Below the pieces are notes generated by a model, which saw only the letters and a list, made by a program, of their open reading frames with translations, did no database searches and had not been told where the DNA came from. The position numbers and the translations under genes are program-made. From NCBI GenBank assembly GCA_951406725.2, contig OX597817.1:36704001-36768000 (forward strand): a DNA stretch of 64,000 bases, in the 5' to 3' direction. Shown one piece after another: positions 54,869 through 64,000 of the stretch (within the stretch, counting starts at the first letter, position 1; each line of letters starts with the position of its first letter). This stretch comes from Octopus vulgaris. Taxonomy: Eukaryota.

Positions 54869-55126
54869 AACCTTTACATAAATAAATAACGTGAAATACA
54901 CGAAGGGACGCGACATAAGAGACAGACGGGTCATTCAAAGCCTTCGTTCTTCAGTCAGAAACCGATTCCTCATCGCAGATTTCGGCTGTTTAATTCTGAG
55001 ATCCGCTCTGAATCGGCCAGCCCCAGAAGGAAAGAATTCAACGCAACAGAGACGAACATGAAACGAAAAAAAATTTTTTTGAAGACAGTAACGGTTAAAA
55101 ACAAGGATGACACAGGCGCCCTACGG

Positions 55127-55175
<49 letters not shown>

Positions 55176-55176
55176 G

Positions 55177-55221
<45 letters not shown>

Positions 55222-55314
55222 TACCACACACATACACACAGACACATATACACGCCTATTCTGTTTGTTGTATCCATCACCTGTCTTCGTCTTTTGTGAA
55301 TTCTCCCTATATAT

Positions 55315-55386
<72 letters not shown>

Positions 55387-55889
55387 TACTAGTGTGCGTA
55401 TGGTGTGGGAAAGTGATCAGGCGGGAGGAAGTATCACACACCACATATGTTTAGAATTATATATACTAAATAATAGTGTGCCGGTTTCACGTCGCTTTAA
55501 ATTTCTCGAGCGAAGAGTCAATCCCCCTCATGAGATGTTCGCAGGGAACTGGAAAGAATCTAAAACAAATCTAAAATGCCTAGGTAATAGTATTTAAGGT
55601 TCTATTAGTCATTTTAAGACATGCAGTCACTTTTGACATGATTATATGATTGGTTTTATAACTAGATACATGCGGTGGTCGTGGTGGTGGTGGTGGGGCA
55701 ATGGGATGGTGAAGTCACATATTGGCAAATCGTAGACATCATATATTGCTGCCATCAACCTGCTACATTCGTTGCTAAACGGAATAAGACTGACATGTTG
55801 CTCGCCGTAGCTAGTGGTCATCCTGTAGGGAGTGGCATTTCAGTGACCACAATGTAAGAAGGTATCCAATACTATATCAAGTTACATGA

Positions 55890-55909
55890 TCTATATCTAT
55901 ATAATATAG

Positions 55910-55953
<44 letters not shown>

Positions 55954-57498
55954 CTATCTGTCTGTGTGGTGTGTATGTTTATTATGGATTCGAAACCTGA
56001 GTTTCCGATTTTGACGTATGAGATATCAAAAGCTTTATTAATATTTCGGCTACCAAATAAAGTATGTTTTGCAGAACAACTCTTCTTTACTACAAAAATA
56101 ACCTCGAAAACGACGTCTGATCGCACAATTTTGATGTCATTTAAGGGCGATATTTCGATTTGCTTCTAATATACGGTGCCAATTTTCATGTCTTTGGTGT
56201 CAAAAACTGCAGCAACGTACAAAGTGTGTTATTAGGGCATTTGTGATACACAAAACCCCATTTATCGACGGAAAATGAGCAAAAGCCATGCTATTTTGCA
56301 CAATTATTGACACATTTCCCGTATTACACACTTCCATTTCTTCGAATTTCTATGTTTTCGATATAGGAGAATACGATTTTGCCCAAAATTCACGTTTTCA
56401 AATTTTTTATTTCCCCTCTCCTCACCTCATTTTCTTAATTTTTAACTCTGTTTCGAAATTTTTATTAATCCATGTAGATAAATGCAGAGATTACGAATCT
56501 GGAAATTTTTTAAATTTTAATTTTTCTTAAAGAAATACTCAACTGACCCACCCATCATCTCCCCGCTCAATGAAGCAGCTTTCTTTCCATGTACCTTACC
56601 TTCTGCAATGTGTATAAGTCTTTGTGCTCATTCGGCATTAATTTGTTTACATCCTTAAGTCTCGATTGCTTACTTTTGCCTGTTCGCACTCGAAAGCAAA
56701 ACAAAGTCCTTTTCTCGTGCAACTTGATAATATACTTCATTTTATATCTTAGGCTTTCACCGTTCATCAGATATTAAGCCATACATCACTCCATTACCAC
56801 AGCCCCACCTCTACACACCAGCATAACCTATTTATATTCAAGAAAAATAGCATCCACATCACTAACCCAGATATATATCCTTATATATGTACATATACAT
56901 GCAGCCCCAAAAGTCCCTCTTTTATTCTGTTGGCCTCAACATTGATATAAACTGATACCAAATATGCTTGCATAAAACCATAATACTTTTGAACATGGCC
57001 TTTTCATTGGGGAAGCTAATGTATATATGTGTTGTTCACAGTTATCAACAAATATTATGGGACGGGTAAGAACTATTTCAGCTTCTACATAACCCGATTT
57101 GTAGCCATGAGACTGAGTTGCTAATATTATTGTATGTAATATCAAAATATTGAGCAATTTTTCAGCTACCAGCGTAAAGTAAGTTTTTTGCACAGCAATC
57201 CTATTTTGCTATAAAAATTAACACCAAAACTAGGCTGGGTCGCACAATGTTGAGGTCATTTTGGGAGCAATGTTAGGAATTTCTCCTAATCTAAGCTGCT
57301 ATTGTACATTTCTTTACTTTTTTTTTTGATGTCATAAATTTCAACATTGTTCATCAGAAAATGACCGAAAAACATATTTATAAAAAGAGTTGTTTGCTTG
57401 ATATTCCTCGTGTGTCAATTCTGTCCATAAGAAAAGAACAAATAATAAAATGTGGCTGTAGGTCATAAAACTCGGCCAACGCCGAAGTGCATTGCTAG
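55890..57498 (+). mobile_element. non-autonomous Helitron
   Basis: A|TCTATATCTATATAATATAG then (TG)n at the 5' end; CGGC-CAAC-GCCG hairpin then TGCTAG|T at the 3' end; joining the two ends into one element is inferred. Confidence 0.6.
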
Positions 57499-57530
57499 TA
57501 TAATATAATATAATATAATATAATACAATA

Positions 57531-58782
57531 TACGGTCTTGCGGATAAACTGAGATGCATAAAACTGGTTATAAATAGTAAAATAATGGTAGCAGGCAGAT
57601 ATAATTTTGATGTAACATTTATCATAATAAAATTATTTATAACTCAATATGGCCGCCGTTTTAGACAATTACTGCCTCTACACAACACGAGAACGAAATC
57701 TTTTGGCAGCTGCCGTAACCCCCGCCTTTTCGATTTTGCGTGTCGCAACGCACGATGCAGGTCTTTAGATTGTTGACACTCGAGTGAGGTGAAGCATTGA
57801 TCCTTGATTGAAGTACGCCCTATAAAAAGTAATCGAGAAAGTTGAAATCTGGGCTATTACTAGGCCAGATGCTGGCCCTCACAAAAATAGCACCTTCTCA
57901 CCATGGAAGGCCTGTGTTGCTTTTAGCCCACGTCATGTTGCAGAATCCGGGATAAGCACCACATTGTCAAGCCCGAACGTCTGCTCCATCCAAGGTAACA
58001 GAGAGTTCTTCAGGATGTCCAGATACTCCTTTGTGCTGTTCTTCAAGCCAGGCTCAATGCAGTGTAAATCCATGACAGTTTCATTACTCGCCACGGCTCC
58101 AAATACCTTCACAGAGGCAGTGTTTATCGTCTCAAACACAGTGAGGACGTCAGAAGGCTTGTATGCAATCACTCGAGGATTTCTGTGTTTCACCTCTGCG
58201 TCCACATTGAAGTTCTCATTGACAAACGCGAGAGTTTTTCCCGCACCTTGATGCTTGATGAATAACAGAATCTTTGGGCATCTCTCGGCTCTGATTATTT
58301 TGGCTTTGGTTGTTAGGAAGTGACAGCGTCGTCGAACCTAGCTAGTCCTGCCAAGGGTCCTGTTCACAGCTCAAGATATCGTGGAAACAGACAAATTGCG
58401 TTTATTTGCAAGAGTTGTGATGGGTGTAGATGGGTTGACTTAAGTCGAGCATTTGAGGCCAGCGAGAAACTTTGGATTGCGCTTGGAATCACTTTGAGTC
58501 TTGTGTTCCTTAAATTGTTTATACACAGGATTAAATGTGGCTTTTGGCAGTTTCATCAACTTAACAATTTTATTGGCAGTGTGCCCAGAGCGCGCCAAAG
58601 CAACAATGGCAGGACGATTCTATTGCTCCATCACTTTCTGTTGTCAAATTAGTTCGCTATTTACCTGAAAGATGAAAAGGAGGATTAGATTTTCAAGCAA
58701 ACAAGGTTTTATAAAAAAATGAAATGTTAAACCCACTAAATCAACTGCTTAAAATTGGTCTCAGTGTATCTGCAAGACCCTG
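57531..58782 (-). mobile_element. full-length decayed Tc1/mariner transposon, DD37D/maT-like
   Basis: imperfect TIRs TACGGTCTTGCGGATAAACTGAGA / TCTCAGTGTATCTGCAAGACCCTG with TA flanks; minus translation TASVKVFGAVAS...GLKNSTKEYLDILKNSLLPW...VLIPDSAT and WPSNSPDFN (cf. PASVMVW...QQDSAP.H...WPP.SPDLNP). Confidence 0.85.
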
Positions 58783-58849
58783 TACACAGAAAGTTTTATA
58801 TATATATAGTTGTCCAAAGAAAGTTTTATATATATACTTCAAATTTACA

Positions 58850-58995
58850 GAAAACAAAAGATGAAGACAAGGGAGGGCGTAACAAGCAGGTATATTAGTT
58901 TGACGCTCGGGAAGAGTGGAAAGTCTTTGGAGTTTCGAGCGTACGCCCTTCGGCAGAAAGGATTGAGAGGGAAACAATGGGGAGAACGAAAAAGG
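58850..58995 (-). mobile_element. Penelope-like pLTR-type repeat with degenerate minimal hammerhead (family of 8460-8670)
   Basis: minus CTTT-CTGCCGA-A-GGGC-GTAC-GCTC-GAAA-CT-CC-AAAG (58960-58925); shares GAAGACA.G..G...AACAA.CAG..TATTAGT...ACG.TCGGGAAG with the 8500 copy. Confidence 0.55.
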
Positions 58996-60939
58996 AAACG
59001 CAACATGATGAAGTTACCCGTTTCGAACTCATTGCGGTCATCCTCAGGTTTGGATACGTGTCCACTAGAGATAACGGCACTTCAGTTCGCATTATGTAGA
59101 AATCAAGTGACACACAGTCACTGATCATGCAACATGCACATTTGTTAGTTGGAAAATCCCCATAAATGATGAAAACAGTAAAAAAAGGAGAAAATCCCAA
59201 TAAGAGAAGAAAACCATGTTTAAGCGGGAATAAACTACTTCTCAGAATAGGTACTGTTTTCATCTCGTATAGCGGTTTTCTAACTTTTCTAACTAGCTAA
59301 TTTGCTTGTCGCTAGATCGGTGACTGTCTGTCAGTTGCAAGATCAGTGACAGTGTGAACTACTGCTATCACTTGCAGACGAGTATCCACGACCGAGGATA
59401 GCGACAAAGAGGTCGAAACCGTACGGTCTCGTAGTATCGTGGCTAGAAGATTATAGAGGTTAACTTCCCTGCTTGCAATATATATCGGGTGCAGTTTGCA
59501 TCGAATAATCAACTCGAAGAGACGTCCTCCTATGGCTAAAAATTGCAGTAACGTCGGTTCCTACGTATGTATGTATTAATAGGGCCACCTGAGCATCAGC
59601 CTTTTAGTCATGTTCATATGGCCTCGTTCAACCCACATCTTTGCAATAAAACTGTGTAGACTCCCATGGTGTAGATTGCACAGCCTAGAATAAAATGTAG
59701 GTGGAGAATTCTGGGTCTATTCCTGCAGTGAAAGATCTTATCACGTCCGATTACACGTGAATGCATTAAACATTACTTTACACGAATATGTATGTGTGGG
59801 GCTGCGTGCGTACGTGCGTGCATGTGCGTGTGAGTGTGTTTAAAGTAAGAACCAGGCTTTCACGTACTGAACGAAGTATTCAATACTTCCAAAAGTAGAT
59901 TATGCTACATTTGTTATTTCTGTTATTATGATCATGGTTAAGTCGCTAAATCCTCAGAATCGTTATAGCAACAGACAAATTTTTTTCTGGCATTCACTCT
60001 GCTCTTACGCTCTAAAACGTTAAATTCCGCCCATATAACTGTTTTTTATATTTATTCTCCTGCGTTTGATAATATTAACTACCATTCAACTATCAAGGTC
60101 GATCTAAATCGAAACTTAAAAATCTATTTACTGAAATTCTCAAGTGTCTATCTCGACACATATGAAGAAACAATAAAATAAAAACAACTTCTACATCTTT
60201 ATCGGTACCAATAGGATAATTTCAATCTTCTAACCTCATAAACATATATTGAAATCCTATCACACGCCAAGCTTACCGATGTATTTAAAATATAATCCTC
60301 GTGTTCTACAACAGATTCTTATAAAATCCTATGTTCCAAACAAAAAATTATAAAACAATGAAATATAAACCATTTATATCACTGATAGGTAACCTCTTCC
60401 GATGTAGCATTAAGTCCTATATATACCTGCTAAATAATTTGCTTTTGTATTGTCACGTAAAACTAAATCGATTAATACGTATTTATTTTATTCCATTTCT
60501 ACCTTTTTTAAAAAGATTTTTCAACTTCAAAAGCTACAATTTAATTTATTACCACTATCTGACAGCCGTCCAAAATTACTAAGTTATCTTACAAGAAAAA
60601 ATTTCCCACAACACCATACATTTTATAAAATTGTTCATCTATAAATACCTACCAGCTCCGTACTTTGCTCTTTATATGTGAATAAGCCACAAGTGAAAGT
60701 TGTGTGTGTGCATGATAATGTCTAGTTGGGGCATACGTGTATGTAAATGTTAGTTACATTTCGTTGAGCTTTGATAGTCGTAGTGTGCAAGCACCGCAGT
60801 GATGCTATGGAGGATATGTTTGTCAATGTATGCGTGTGTGTATGAATAACATTGCTTTGATTTAATGTGTTTTCATCTTGTGTAACTGTGTATAATGCTG
60901 TTTTGTGCGTAGTATGTATGATTGTATGCATGTGTCTAT

Positions 60940-61900
60940 TTTTGGTTTATATGCCACTGAGGTGAGCGCGAAAATGAGTTCATGTTTACGTTGTAGACGA
61001 AAGTCTGAGATAGCACTGTGTGTGGCTAAATCGCACAAGAGGAAATGCCGGTTGGATTGATCTCCAGAGTGGAAATAGGGTGAAACGGGTGACTCATTCA
61101 AGAAATGGATGTTCCAGAGTTGTTCAGGAAAGTGGTAGACAAGAATGTTTAGTTTATCCAATGTAGTAGGGGATTTAGAGGAAGTATTTTAAGCAGAAGT
61201 TAGCATTGCTAGAAATGCAGGGTAAGGAGTTAGTTGTTTAGAAGAAATGACACTTTGTTTAGTGAAGATGGTAACATTGGAGACGAAAGTGTGGATGTGA
61301 GAGTTGGAGCTAAATCACAGAAGATATCTGGGTTCTATATGCAAAGATAGTCAAGAAGCTAAAGACGGACCAACTTAAAATAAAGAAGTGGATTTCAGAT
61401 GTAGAAATTTGGGTCACTTAAGAAGATTCGGAACTCTTGTAGGAGAGGGGTGTTTGGTGAGAGGTAAAGGAAAGAGTTTAGGGGATAGATAAATGTGAGG
61501 AAGAGAGTGGAGTTGCAGTCGACTTAATGGGCATGAGTAATGATATCTTAAACTTGGTTGAAATATCTGGGCACCATGTATTGTAGCTGTACATCAAAAT
61601 CAGCTATAGAAACAGCTATAGAAACAGCGACGAAAGAGAAACTGATCCTGCAAGACGGAGAAAATGGGAAGGTTAGGTTTACAGGAGAGAAATTCAAGGT
61701 AAAAGTGGGCGTTGGTAGAGTTTGGAAAAATACGATGGTGGTGAGAGTGAGTGTGCAGAGATCTATACTGACAGAGATGTGGCAAAAACGTGGCTCATCA
61801 CGAGTGATTTTTAAGGTCGGGTAAATAGGGCTGACGAAGGTGATGGTGTTCAGTTGTTTCAGGGACAGGTAGATTTCACATATATCACTGTGGTATATAA
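60940..61900 (-). pseudogene. Penelope-like element remnant (GIY-YIG endonuclease end)
   Basis: minus frames PYYIG*TKH / HFPEQLWNI...SPVSPYFHSGDQS....LCDL......FRLQRKHELIFAL resemble YIGQT...RF.EH...PV..HFN...HS......GL......R...E..LIF.L; upstream boundary uncertain. Confidence 0.65.
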
Positions 61901-62940
61901 GGTGTAAAATGTCTTTCTTTTTTGTGGTAATAAAGGATGTCAGTTACATCTGGTTACAGGATGTGTTGCTGAGGATTTCCATTAAAATATGGAATCTGTA
62001 GTTGCTATTTCCCTCAACGAAGAACACTACGTTGATGTTACAAATTAGTCAAGGAGAAAATTTTCTTTCGTCGCGTGTATGTATGTTTGTGCGTATGTTT
62101 TATTTATCTACATCGATAAGTGCCTTCATTCTAACAACAGTGTATTGTAATAGCAATAAAAATGATGTACAATACCATGATACACCTAGTCAACCTCTAT
62201 ATATTGGCTCAATTGTTGCCATGCAAATAGCAATAAAATTGTGAGTTTTTATTGTTATTACTCACAACTTGTGTATATGAACGACTTTTCTATCTACATG
62301 AAAAATCAGCTTTTTAGCGTTTTAAAATTGCATCACACACAAGTAGAGCTTTCTTCAATGTTATGCACATCTTAGCTCTGTTACAATAACCCATATAGTA
62401 ATATTTGGTTTCTAGTCTACTATAATATCTAATGAAGAGAATTTTACCCTAGTTTCTTAGTTGTGTAGTGTCCTTCTTCTCCAACTTTATGCTACAGAGT
62501 TAACTTTAACCTTTATCGTATACTAAACAACATACATACATTATAACAAAATTAAATTGTTAAGCATACTGTTTAGAACTACAAAAGAAAGAATTCAATA
62601 GCAATGATTGAAACATATGAAGAAAGGGAACGGTCGCTGTATGGAATGTACGAGATGGCTAATGACATTACTTCATGATGAGGTCAACGGGTCAACTTTA
62701 AGCAGATAAAGAAACGAGAACCAGGTCAAACATAATGGAATTGTCCATGTATTCAGACGCGAAGGAAATATCACAAATACACTTGGAATGATTGGTTGTT
62801 ATAGTCACTCCAATATCTCTTGATATATACAAAAACAAACACAAAGAATGTAAAATAAAAAGAAAATATGGAGGCCTATCTATTATTGAGTAGACAACGA
62901 TGGATTTGTTTTCCCTTCGTGGCAACAGCATAATAGCTTG

Positions 62941-62943
<3 letters not shown>

Positions 62944-63034
<91 letters not shown>

Positions 63035-63048
63035 GAGAGAGAGAGAGA
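62944..63048. repeat. (TA)n + (GA)n microsatellite
   Basis: direct reading. Confidence 0.95.
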
Positions 63049-64000
63049 CATTCACACATGTGTATATGAGTGTTCAAGTATGCGTGGTTATTTATGTGTG
63101 TTAGGAATAAGTGAAGATATATCAGTGCACGTATGCATTTGTGTAAACATATTTATGTATTTATATTTGTGTGCTCGTATCTGTATGCATGTGTATGTGG
63201 TTGTGTGCATGTATGTACGTGTGTACGTGCGTGTGTGTACGTGCGTGTACGTTTGGCTCTTGTGCGCGAGAGTGTGCGTATGTGTGTCAAAGTTACTGAT
63301 AACAAAGTAACGCTTTCTATGATTTACGTAAAAGGCAGTTTAATCAATGTTCTGTATCCAAAACAGCAAACAATAAAGCCCAGAAGGAAATGAAGAAAAA
63401 ATCGCAAAATAAATTAACAGCTATAACAAAAACTCATACGTCTAAAACCAACAACAATAATAAAAATTGTATCAATATCATCAGAACTAACAACAAAATG
63501 TAAATGTTAACAACTAAATACACTAAAACAGACGCAAAAAAAAACTGCAAAAAACAATATCTGCATTAACAGACATAACAACCAAAATAAATAAAAATAT
63601 AAAAGCAAAGCACTAATAATGAGAATTAAAGTAAACGTAACATCAGGCAGGAAAAATAATAATAAACACAACAAATGCAAACCTCAAACCAAAAATGATT
63701 AAAAGGAAACTAAGCGCCAATACAAAACAAAAAATAATGACCAACAGAAAACTATAAGAAAAGGTTGCAAAGGGAAAAAAAAAGCAAACAAACTAAAAAC
63801 AATGTCGGAAACGTGGGAATACACGCATCATGTATCACTCAGATAAATTGGACAGAAGAAATACTTTTAGGGTAATCTCCATAGACGATAACAGCTTCTT
63901 TAAGTCGACGAAGTAGTGGGTAGAGCGGTGGTGGGTAGTAGAATGTTTGAGTAAGATAGCAAGATACCATACAGTTTTCCGGGTGGTACACACTGGAGAG

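Noticed and set aside
63840-64000. Possible RTE-like RT fragment on the minus strand
   Set aside because: Only vague similarity (VPPGKLYGIL) and truncated by the window edge

Overview
AT-rich eukaryotic, apparently non-genic DNA, very dense in microsatellites. Its tRNA-headed SINEs and repeat landscape resemble an octopod cephalopod genome (inference, not a database result). No host protein-coding gene, RNA gene or CRISPR array can be supported, and most ORF-track entries are translated (TA)n/(CA)n/(TAA)n/(TACA)n tracts. Recognisable content: three tRNA-derived SINE families (several copies with target-site duplications); a full-length decayed mariner (31289-32553); a full-length decayed DD37D/maT-like Tc1-mariner (57531-58782); several Helitrons or Helitron fragments with TC...hairpin-CTAG ends; R4/Dong-type RLE non-LTR fragments; a CR1/L2-type RT fragment; and Penelope-like remnants. 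The most interesting signal is a set of hammerhead-ribozyme motifs from several different sequence families. One has an intact minimal type I core (20426-20466, minus). Several lie in or between inverted repeats, notably a young ~2.1 kb non-coding element (21690-23838) whose 107-bp inverted arms (one mismatch) each carry the core. A SINE family also appears to share its 3' tail with the putative 3' UTR of an R4/Dong-type element.
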